From the NCBI GenBank assembly GCA_041752695.1, contig JBGSVZ010000076.1:1-13886 (forward strand): DNA of 13,886 nucleotides, written 5' to 3'. Positions 1 through 6,766 of this stretch are shown piece by piece. This DNA comes from Terrimicrobiaceae bacterium (lineage in GTDB: Bacteria; Verrucomicrobiota; Verrucomicrobiia; Chthoniobacterales; Terrimicrobiaceae). The notes below the pieces were generated by a model that was not told where the DNA came from, made no database searches, and saw nothing but the letters and a program-made list of their open reading frames with translations. Each line of letters opens with the position of its first letter. Position 1 is the stretch's first letter. The translations under genes were made by a program, and so were the position numbers.

Positions 1-7
1 AGCCGGA

Positions 8-162
8 CAAAACGAAAAACCGGACTGGGAGAGACAGGGGGGAAACCATGCGTTCGTCAGCGAGCCTGGCCCTCCCCCCGGACCCCCTCCCGGATAGACG
101 CGGGCAAGCCCGCAAGGGATCGAAGGGGGCTCCGCCCCCTAACCCCCGGAGTTTTCGCTTTG
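8..162 (-). other. Multi-branch structured non-coding element (candidate single-strand origin, oriT-associated ssDNA structure or ncRNA)
   Basis: Outer imperfect inverted repeat CAAAACGAAAAACCGG (8-23) / CCGGAGTTTTCGCTTTG (146-162). It encloses a long imperfect hairpin (27-91), GCGGGC-AA-GCCCGC (100-113) and AGGGGGC-TCC-GCCCCCT (124-140). Several A/C mismatches on the + strand become G-T pairs on the - strand. Confidence 0.55.
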
Positions 163-352
163 GACGCAATGAGAATCCACAGATCACCACAACCAATAAC
201 AACACCTTTCCAAGCGAACCTCGCATAACCTATTTTACCGCTCTTTTGGTCGGAAAATGGGGCCCACCTCAGAGCTCGTGAATGAGGCCGAGGCCAAGGA
301 GTGGTTTGGCCTTGCCCCTGCTTTAGTTGGAAGGAAATGAAAAAGCGGGAAG

Positions 353-424
353 CGATTTTCTTCATTTTTTGATATTTAAGTCAATTTTTCTGGAAAATCG
401 GCATATTTTTGATATATACATCAA
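353..424. promoter_or_regulatory. Putative hipBA operator region with two TTGA-N8-TCAA boxes
   Basis: TTGATATTTAAGTCAA (369-384) and TTGATATATACATCAA (409-424) start 40 bp apart in an AT-rich region directly upstream of the antitoxin ATG at 426. The first box is symmetrically flanked by CGATTTTC (353-360) and GAAAATCG (393-400). Confidence 0.65.
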
Positions 425-425
425 T

Positions 426-677
426 ATGACAACACTCCAAGAGCTAGGAGAAGCTGTCGCGCAGCGGCGCAAGGCCCTGAAACAGCGGCAAGGCGTGGTG
501 GCGTCGCAGGCAGGCATCACCCCGGAAACCCTTTCCCGATTTGAACAGGGGCGGATTGCCGAATTTGGAGCCCGAAAACTGCTGTCCGTCCTGGCGGTCT
601 TGGGGATGGAAGTTCAGTTTGCCGAAAAAGGCATGGCTGGTTCGCTGGATGAACTGCTGAAGGAACGCGGGTTGTGA
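426..677 (+). CDS. hipB: HipB-like XRE/Cro HTH antitoxin (83 aa)
   Basis: MTTLQELGEAVAQRRKALKQRQGVVASQAGITPETLSRFEQG has the HTH_3/XRE pattern. Its stop overlaps the hipA start (GTGA, 674-677). ATG 426 is preferred over the ORF-track start at 327. Confidence 0.85.
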   Translation: MTTLQELGEAVAQRRKALKQRQGVVASQAGITPETLSRFEQGRIAEFGARKLLSVLAVLGMEVQFAEKGMAGSLDELLKERGL

Positions 678-1981
678 AACTGGCGGTTTCTGTTTCGGGC
701 AAGCCGGTAGCCACGCTGGAAAGCATCGGCGATTTCAAGAGCGTCCTCACCTATGAGGAAGGTACGGACCCAAATCATTTTGTTTCTTTGACTATGCCGG
801 TGCGAACGGAGTCGTGGGTTTGGAATGATCCCTTGCACCCGATTTTCCGCATGAACCTCCCCGAGGGATATCTGTTGCATGTGTTGGAAGAACAATTTGG
901 CCGCCATATCGGAGCCAGTCCCATCACGCTGCTCTCGATTGTCGGGCGGAACATGATCGGCCGCCTGCAAGTTGCTATCCCTGGAGCCGACCTGACCGAG
1001 CCGGTCACTCCGTTGGACGTGGCGGAATTATTAAAGGGCGACAATTCCGAGGCGGCATTTTCCGCGTTGGTGCGCAAGTACGCGACCAGCGGCGTGTCGG
1101 GTGTCGTGCCGAAATTTCTGGATGCGCAGAAAGGACCGCGCTTTTCACAATACGGCAAGGCGACTCTTTTCACGCGAAGGCACATCGTCAAAGGGACATC
1201 ACAACAACTGCCATTCGTCGCCCTGAACGAGCATCTGGGCATGCAGGTGGCGGCCAAAGTCGTGCCGACGGCCCGCACGGAAGTTTCCCAGGACGGACAG
1301 GCGCTCCTCGTCCATCGGTTTGATGTCGATGAGGAAGGCCAGCTAAAATGCGGGCTGGAAGATTTCTGCGCCCTGCTCGGCATGCGGCCATCAGCCAAAT
1401 ACGAAACGACATGGGAGCGCGTTGGCAAAGCCGTGCGGGATCACGTTCCCGGTCCAAAACAGCGAGACACCTTCCATCATCTGGCCGCCACGATCCTGCT
1501 GACCTACGCATTGCGCAATGCCGACTGCCACTCCAAGAACATCGCCCTGATCTACACCTCGCGGGCAGACGTTCAGATCGCGCCCGTTTACGACATGCTG
1601 ACCACCAGTGTTTATGCCGAGCATAAAAACAGTCCACCCGGCATCTCGTTTATGGGGAAAAAGACCTGGCAGCCTGGAAAAAATCTCGAAAAGTTCCTAG
1701 CTGGAAATTTCGGCATCCCGCCACGGGAGCAAGCGACTCTGGTCGAAAAAATCGGGGATGCCGTTTCTGATACGGCTCCCTCGGTGCGACAGGCCATGGA
1801 AGAACACCCCGGCTTTCGCGAGATCGGCAAGCATTTGCTCAACGCGTGGTATGAAGGCGTGAGCGACTTGAGGAATAAACACACTTACGCCCTGGGTGAT
1901 TGGAAACCCAGTGAAGCTTTTTTGGGGTTCTCTGATCCCCCTAAACTCAAAGCCCCGCGTCGGATTATCGGAAAATCCTGA
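674..1981 (+). CDS. hipA: HipA-family Ser/Thr kinase toxin (435 aa)
   Basis: N-terminal HipA-coupled segment (VSLTMP...F.MNLPEG), P-loop-like SGVSGVVPK, HRFD, EDFCALLG, catalytic NADCHSKN and APVYD motifs. Coupled to the upstream HTH gene. Confidence 0.93.
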   Translation: MKLAVSVSGKPVATLESIGDFKSVLTYEEGTDPNHFVSLTMPVRTESWVWNDPLHPIFRMNLPEGYLLHVLEEQFGRHIGASPITLLSIVGRNMIGRLQVAIPGADLTEPVTPLDVAELLKGDNSEAAFSALVRKYATSGVSGVVPKFLDAQKGPRFSQYGKATLFTRRHIVKGTSQQLPFVALNEHLGMQVAAKVVPTARTEVSQDGQALLVHRFDVDEEGQLKCGLEDFCALLGMRPSAKYETTWERVGKAVRDHVPGPKQRDTFHHLAATILLTYALRNADCHSKNIALIYTSRADVQIAPVYDMLTTSVYAEHKNSPPGISFMGKKTWQPGKNLEKFLAGNFGIPPREQATLVEKIGDAVSDTAPSVRQAMEEHPGFREIGKHLLNAWYEGVSDLRNKHTYALGDWKPSEAFLGFSDPPKLKAPRRIIGKS

Positions 1982-2082
1982 AGAACGGATTGCGCAGAGC
2001 GGTCATCCGAATGCCTCACATCCCCTTCTTTTTTCCTACCCTGCCAAAATGAGTCAGACGCAGCCTGAATGCCGAAAAAGAA

Positions 2083-2301
2083 TTATCTCAGGACTTGGTC
2101 GAGAGTGGCGTTGGTGGTTTGGCGGAGGGCCTCAAGGAGTTCGGGCTTCCGGAAGAGCCGGTGCCGGCCGAGCTTGTACGAAGGCAGCAGTCCTCGGGCG
2201 ACATACTTACGCAGAGAGGAAAACGGCACTCCCAGCCATTCGGCGGCTTCGCGAATTTCGATAAATTCGGATTTTTCAGAGGGTGTCGTTTTCGTGGGCA
2301 T
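2083..2301 (-). CDS. Excisionase-like HTH (HTH_17/MerR-like) DNA-binding protein (72 aa)
   Basis: FIEIREAAEWLGVPFSSLRKYVARGLLPSYKLGRHRLFRKPEL matches the excisionase-family pattern. ATG at 2301 is internal to the track ORF 2083..2427. Confidence 0.85.
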   Translation of the reverse strand: MPTKTTPSEKSEFIEIREAAEWLGVPFSSLRKYVARGLLPSYKLGRHRLFRKPELLEALRQTTNATLDQVLR

Positions 2302-2330
2302 GAGAGGGACATAGGATGCGGTTGATGTTT

Positions 2331-2372
2331 GAAAAGGAGCCATCTGGCCGACCGGGTGGCCGGCCAGATGGC
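2331..2372 (-). terminator. Rho-independent terminator downstream of the 119-aa gene
   Basis: Perfect 12-bp stem GCCATCTGGCCG (2339-2350) / CGGCCAGATGGC (2361-2372), followed on the - strand by TCCTTTTC. It starts 8 nt after the stop at 2381. Confidence 0.7.
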
Positions 2373-2380
2373 GATGGCTT

Positions 2381-2740
2381 TCAGCCAAGTTTGATGCCGC
2401 TATTCCGGATGTGGTTCTTGGCACCAATGACGAGGGCGGCTTCCTGCCGCTCGGGGGTCATGTTCGGGCTGATGGTGCTCTTGATGCTACGGACCAGGTC
2501 TTCCTGTTCCGGTTTCGCCAGCCAGGCTTTCACCTTGGCGGAGTAACCCTGCTTCTGCTCCTCGTCCTTCATCTTGCGGAGGAGGAACTTGCGCTCCAAC
2601 TGCTCGCGCGGCAGGTCCTTGACGTATTGCACCAAGTCGGGTTCGGCCTTCATGAAGGCGTCCAACTTGGCGTTGACCTCGGGGTTGATTTTGAACTGGT
2701 TGGCCTGTTCGGATTTTTTCTTCGGTGATGCGATTGCCAT
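2381..2740 (-). CDS. Hypothetical basic, helical protein (119 aa) in the conjugation cluster
   Basis: Co-oriented with the cluster, with GC-rich third codon positions, an A/C-rich leader before the ATG and its own downstream terminator. No family recognised. Confidence 0.8.
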   Translation of the reverse strand: MAIASPKKKSEQANQFKINPEVNAKLDAFMKAEPDLVQYVKDLPREQLERKFLLRKMKDEEQKQGYSAKVKAWLAKPEQEDLVRSIKSTISPNMTPERQEAALVIGAKNHIRNSGIKLG

Positions 2741-2755
2741 ATTTTATGGGTTTGT

Positions 2756-2784
2756 GTCCGGCGTTTGGGATTCCGTAGCCGGAC
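2756..2784. repeat. Intergenic inverted repeat (hairpin) upstream of the 119-aa gene
   Basis: GTCCGGC (2756-2762) / GCCGGAC (2778-2784). Confidence 0.45.
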
Positions 2785-2810
2785 GATTGACGGAGGTTGC
2801 GATGAAAGTT

Positions 2811-3092
2811 TCAGGCTTTGGCGGCAGCAGGCTTGAGCGAGGGGATTTTTTCATCCTCCTCGTCTTCAAGAGCGCCACCCCGCAGACCGCCGATTTGTTC
2901 CATGAGGGATTTCAGGAAACGCTGGGCGATCTTGCGTGGGCTCAAACGCTGGCTTTCCGCGTTGAGCATGGCTTGGACGAGTTGGCCGGTTGGGACACGG
3001 ATGCCGGCGCGTTCGACGATTTCGGAAGCCTCCTTGAAGATCGCAAAGGTATCTTCATCGAGGGTGACGGTGATGTTGGCGGTTTTGCTCAT
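2811..3092 (-). CDS. Small protein with a probable ribbon-helix-helix-like N-terminus (93 aa)
   Basis: ANITVTLDEDTFAIFKEAS: an alternating beta-strand followed by helices, as in CopG/MetJ-type RHH proteins. Starts 5 nt after the lipoprotein stop. Confidence 0.6.
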   Translation of the reverse strand: MSKTANITVTLDEDTFAIFKEASEIVERAGIRVPTGQLVQAMLNAESQRLSPRKIAQRFLKSLMEQIGGLRGGALEDEEDEKIPSLKPAAAKA

Positions 3093-3097
3093 GGTAT

Positions 3098-3853
3098 TTA
3101 TTGGGTGAGAAAGGCGAGTTCCTTGCGGCGTAGGAATGGCCGTGAAAGGGCGGACGTAATTCGACGCCGCTCGGCAGCGGCCAGTTCAGCGGCGAATTCG
3201 TCATTGAGCCGCATTTGGGAAATCAGGAAGTCCTGGTTCTGGTCGTCGGAATTGGCGAAAAGGGTGATTTCGCCCGGATCAGAGACGCCTTCTTCCCACG
3301 CTGGCAACTCAGGTTCGACGCTTGAAAATACGTCCCCTTCCTCGATTTTTGGCGGTTCGGGTTTGGCCGGAGCCGAGGGTTGCGGGGAATTGTCGATCTT
3401 CTGTTTGAGCTGATTGAGTTCCTGTTGAAGGTCCGGCACCTTACCCGCTTCCCGCTGTAGGGTTTCGATCCGTTTCTGCATGGCGCGGTTTTGTTCCTGT
3501 AATGCCTCGGCGTACGCCCGCTGCCGGGCATTCCCCTCGCCAGAACCATCCACGTAGTAAGATGGCGAGGGATTTCCTGCCGTCAGCGTTGGCGGTGGAT
3601 CGGGCAGATAGTTCCAGTCGGGTGACTGCTCCCGACGATAGACGGTGTGCCGTTCGTGCATTTCGTCCGGGTAAACCGGATCGGTGTAGCGACCCGCCGA
3701 ATATGCCTTCACGATTTCTGGCGTGCGAACAGAAGGCATCCTTTTCGCGGGAACGCTGGTTCCTGGCACTGCGGTGATTTTCGAAGTGGAGTCCTTGCGC
3801 GTGACGCAACCGGCACCAAGGCAGACGACGAGGAGTGAGATGAGGAATTTCAT
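3098..3853 (-). CDS. TraV-like conjugative outer-membrane lipoprotein with coiled-coil extension (251 aa)
   Basis: Signal peptide with lipobox LGAG-C16. VRTPE..V....Y.D.....H....VY......W resembles the TraV C-terminal motif. A coiled coil follows (ALQEQNRAMQKRIETLQ...LQQELNQLKQKID). ATGA overlap with virB10. Confidence 0.65.
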   Translation of the reverse strand: MKFLISLLVVCLGAGCVTRKDSTSKITAVPGTSVPAKRMPSVRTPEIVKAYSAGRYTDPVYPDEMHERHTVYRREQSPDWNYLPDPPPTLTAGNPSPSYYVDGSGEGNARQRAYAEALQEQNRAMQKRIETLQREAGKVPDLQQELNQLKQKIDNSPQPSAPAKPEPPKIEEGDVFSSVEPELPAWEEGVSDPGEITLFANSDDQNQDFLISQMRLNDEFAAELAAAERRRITSALSRPFLRRKELAFLTQ

Positions 3854-4830
3854 TTGTTGGATTGGGTGGTGGAAGAAATACGGGCTTTGGCGAGGTCAAC
3901 GGTTTGGGCGACGTAGAGGTAAAAGGTCGTCCCCGCCGGAACGCGGACGTAATACGGGTCGTTCTTCAGTCCTTCCAAAAGACGCTCGGAATAGATCTGG
4001 CCACCGGCCTGGATCCCCGCGGCAATGGCATCCTGATACCCGCCTTGCTGCACTTGGGTCACGCCGCCCGTGAGCGGCGAAATGATGTTGGTCATGGCCG
4101 GAAACGCTCCGGCCCCCGCCGAGATCATGGCTGCCAAAATCGCTTTCGCTTCGGCGTATTTGTCGGCGGCGACCATGTAGCCGCGCAAACCCGCGGAGCC
4201 GTCCGTTTCGGCCCACTTGTCGCCATTCGTTCCGTCCGGGGCGTAGTCGAGGACAGTTCCAGAAAGCGGGAGTTCCCGACCGTCCTGAAAAACAAGCACC
4301 CATTGCCGTTCGGAACCAATGCGCTCACGGGCGGCGGTTTTCTGGGCCAACCCATGCACTTCTGTTCCCGCCGGGATCACAAGGCGCCCCGCGTGCCAGA
4401 CATCCTCGGTAATCAGACCGATAATGGGCGTTTCGATGTTGGTGGATTCCACCGCGTTGACCATTTCGCACCGGAGGAGCCGCCCGTAGGGCAGGTAGTA
4501 TTCGCTGCGGGCTTCCTCTTTGGTGGCAAAGATGGCCTGTGGGATCGGTGGTGGTGGTTTCGGTGTGGGCGTAGGTCGCGCGGCTTCCTCCGGTGGTTTC
4601 GGCACGGATGCTTGTGGTCGAGCCGGCGGCATAGTCGGGATGTTTTCCTCGAAGGAATATCCTTTGGCCGTAGTCGCCTGAGCGGGAACGGTCGGGTTGA
4701 CCGGCTCCGGCGAACGTTGCCCCTTGCCGGTAAAAACGAAGGCCAGAATCAACGCGCCAGCGAGAAGGAAGAGTATCAGTCTCCCTGTCGGTTTCTGGAA
4801 AAGTTCGGTGAAAATTTTGCGCAGGTTCAT
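3850..4830 (-). CDS. virB10: VirB10/TrbI-family T4SS core protein (326 aa)
   Basis: N-terminal TM helix, Pro-rich linker, then LPYGRLLRCEMVNAVES...PIIGLITEDVW...VIPAGTEVHG, DGSAGLRG and a terminal VRVPAGTTFYLYV. Start at 4830 overlaps the upstream stop (ATGA). Confidence 0.88.
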   Translation of the reverse strand: MNLRKIFTELFQKPTGRLILFLLAGALILAFVFTGKGQRSPEPVNPTVPAQATTAKGYSFEENIPTMPPARPQASVPKPPEEAARPTPTPKPPPPIPQAIFATKEEARSEYYLPYGRLLRCEMVNAVESTNIETPIIGLITEDVWHAGRLVIPAGTEVHGLAQKTAARERIGSERQWVLVFQDGRELPLSGTVLDYAPDGTNGDKWAETDGSAGLRGYMVAADKYAEAKAILAAMISAGAGAFPAMTNIISPLTGGVTQVQQGGYQDAIAAGIQAGGQIYSERLLEGLKNDPYYVRVPAGTTFYLYVAQTVDLAKARISSTTQSNK

Positions 4831-5669
4831 TTGAAGTCGTTGGGTGAGAGTTGGGGTTCGGAGCGGACCACGAGGACGTTCCATTTGTTGTCGGGAGCGA
4901 GATTGTTGCGGCCTCCCTGTCCGTTCCCGGTGATGGCGAGAAATACCGGGGTGATGGACTTTGGCGGCATGACGCCGGAGGCATCAGCGAGCGATTGCGT
5001 GTAAATCCGCTCCTCCAGCCGCACGGCCAGATCCTGCGGGTTGTACCGGATGACTCGGTCACTCGTGTTCTCCAGTTCCAGCCGGAAAATCAACGTGTCT
5101 TCCTGCTCGAACCGCCAGACATCCCTGATACGGACATTGAAGCCCTCGTAATAATTCGTGATGCCGGGAACTGCATGGATCACACCGGCCAAGGCGTCCG
5201 GGTAATTGTTGGCCAGAAGCGGATACGCCTTCGCTTTGTCCATCAGGGAAATCAGCCGCTCCGGCACAATGGCCGTCTTGCCTCCGTTGTTACCCTGCCG
5301 TTCGTCCTGGTAAAAGGTGACATTGTAGAAGGGTTTTTCGGACGCCGTAAGGTGGAGGACGTATGCCTTCCGGTTAAAGATCACGGTCAGATGATCCTCC
5401 GCGTCGGCCTTCAGCGCGCGGATGGTGAAATAGAAATTCCCCGGCGTGAACGTGATGAGGAAACCAGCGTTTTCCTGCTCCTGGGTGGAAACGGATTTCG
5501 CATAGAGGCCGGAAATTTCCGATGGGAACATGACAGTGGTCGTTCCTGTCTTATGGGCCACCGGCACGTCATAGATGACAAATTCATCGAGAGGCTTTTG
5601 GGTGATGGGTCCGGCTTGGGTGGCGATGATGCCCACCCAAGCCAGAACTGAGATCAATGCAGGTTTCAT
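4827..5669 (-). CDS. VirB9/TraK-like secreted T4SS core protein (280 aa)
   Basis: Signal peptide MKPALISVLAWVGIIATQA, TTTVMFPSEI motif and beta-rich two-domain layout. Translationally coupled to virB10. ATG 5669 is preferred over 5789. Confidence 0.7.
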   Translation of the reverse strand: MKPALISVLAWVGIIATQAGPITQKPLDEFVIYDVPVAHKTGTTTVMFPSEISGLYAKSVSTQEQENAGFLITFTPGNFYFTIRALKADAEDHLTVIFNRKAYVLHLTASEKPFYNVTFYQDERQGNNGGKTAIVPERLISLMDKAKAYPLLANNYPDALAGVIHAVPGITNYYEGFNVRIRDVWRFEQEDTLIFRLELENTSDRVIRYNPQDLAVRLEERIYTQSLADASGVMPPKSITPVFLAITGNGQGGRNNLAPDNKWNVLVVRSEPQLSPNDFK

Positions 5670-5702
5670 GACCCGCAATGTGCCAGCAGTTCGCTCCCCC
5701 CC

Positions 5703-5720
5703 TGCTCCAAATTTGGAGCA
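5703..5720. repeat. Perfect 18-bp palindrome TGCTCCAAATTTGGAGCA
   Basis: The sequence is its own reverse complement. It lies in the divergent intergenic region between virB9-like (start 5669) and the cassette (start 5812). Confidence 0.8.
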
Positions 5721-5811
5721 ACCTTTGGCGACGACCCAAAACGGGAAAATCAAGAAAGGAGGCTTCCACAAAAGGCGCTTATCCGGCACGATGACCGAGA
5801 GGAATCAAGTC

Positions 5812-6699
5812 ATGGCAGCACAGCATAAATGCGCTCTTTGCGCCGTGGATTACTGGCCGAAGGAAGAAAGTCATATCCTGCCCTCTTTTGTCTACAAATG
5901 GCAAAAGGCAACATCAGCGACGGGGTTTCTCCGATACGGCCGACAAATCAATCTTCGAACGCAAGATGGCCTCAAAGAATATTTTTTGTGTGAGAGCTGT
6001 GAGGATCTCTTGGGAAAACACGAAAGCAAGTTCGCCGCCACGATCTTCCATCCTTATATGGCGAACGATTCCCACGTAACGATCTATGACGAAAATATAC
6101 TGAAATTCGGCGTCGGCCTGGCTTGGCGGACGCTGGCCTTTATGAACGAAAAGACCGGACTGAAGCATTTTCGGGGACGCCACCCTCAGGCTGTGGAGCA
6201 AGCCCTGAAAATTTGGTCAGACTATTTGCTCGGAGCAAACACCGATATTGGCAAACACGAGATTCATTGGCTCCCGCTGGGCGGCATAGTCCATCACACC
6301 TTGAGTGACGTGCCTGACAATATCAATCGCTACGTGCGACGCACCACCGAAATTGATGTTGCTGTGGCGGATAGCGGAGCTTCCACCTATTCCAAATGCG
6401 GTCCAATCATTTTCATTGGCTTGATCGAGGAACATGATCCGTCTGGATGGAAAGGGACGAAAATTCATCAAAGCGGAACTTTCGGCCCCGGCACGTTTCA
6501 AGTGCCGCCCACATTTCAAGGATACCTTTTTTCACGTTGCGAGAGATTGAAGCAATTGGAAGCCGGCATGTCCGAGAATCAACTGGCGAAAATTGCATCC
6601 TCGTATCAAAAAAACGAGAAGCGTGCGGAAAAGTCGGACACACTTAATTCCACCCTTTTGGATATCCGTCTTCGGCGAGGTGGGGATAAGGATCATTGA
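5812..6699 (+). CDS. Zn-binding, degenerate HNH-like protein (295 aa)
   Basis: CALC...ESHILP...FLCESCE has the CxxC..H(I)xP..CxxC layout of HNH (beta-beta-alpha-Me) domains. GAGAGGA lies 8 nt upstream of ATG 5812; an alternative ATG is at 5791. Confidence 0.7.
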   Translation: MAAQHKCALCAVDYWPKEESHILPSFVYKWQKATSATGFLRYGRQINLRTQDGLKEYFLCESCEDLLGKHESKFAATIFHPYMANDSHVTIYDENILKFGVGLAWRTLAFMNEKTGLKHFRGRHPQAVEQALKIWSDYLLGANTDIGKHEIHWLPLGGIVHHTLSDVPDNINRYVRRTTEIDVAVADSGASTYSKCGPIIFIGLIEEHDPSGWKGTKIHQSGTFGPGTFQVPPTFQGYLFSRCERLKQLEAGMSENQLAKIASSYQKNEKRAEKSDTLNSTLLDIRLRRGGDKDH

Positions 6700-6731
6700 A
6701 GGTTCCGGATAGAGGAAACTTTCATTGAGGG

Positions 6732-6760
6732 CTGACAAGACTCCCCCTTCCCTCTAGAAT
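6732..6760 (+). promoter_or_regulatory. Sigma70-type promoter for the HEPN gene
   Basis: CTGACA (6732-6737), a 17-nt spacer and TAGAAT (6755-6760), each 5/6 consensus. ATG 6767 follows 6 nt later. Confidence 0.6.
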
Positions 6761-6766
6761 GCAGGC

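Noticed and set aside
48..365. ORFs 48..281 (+) and 57..365 (-)
   Set aside because: Their composition reflects the hairpin and G/C runs, with no protein-like features.
327..425. 33-aa N-terminal extension of hipB
   Set aside because: It runs through the AT-rich operator region, and the HTH domain begins at ATG 426.
2574..5651. Long plus-strand ORFs 2574..3413, 3862..5004 and 4851..5651
   Set aside because: Antisense to well-supported, translationally coupled minus-strand genes, with no domain signal.
5764..5792. TTCCAC-17-CACGAT as promoter for the HNH-like gene
   Set aside because: Spacing is right, but both hexamers are too far from consensus to call.
5575..5811. N-terminal extension of the 374-aa track ORF
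   Set aside because: Overlaps virB9-like on the opposite strand and crosses the palindrome. A Shine-Dalgarno-like sequence supports ATG 5812.
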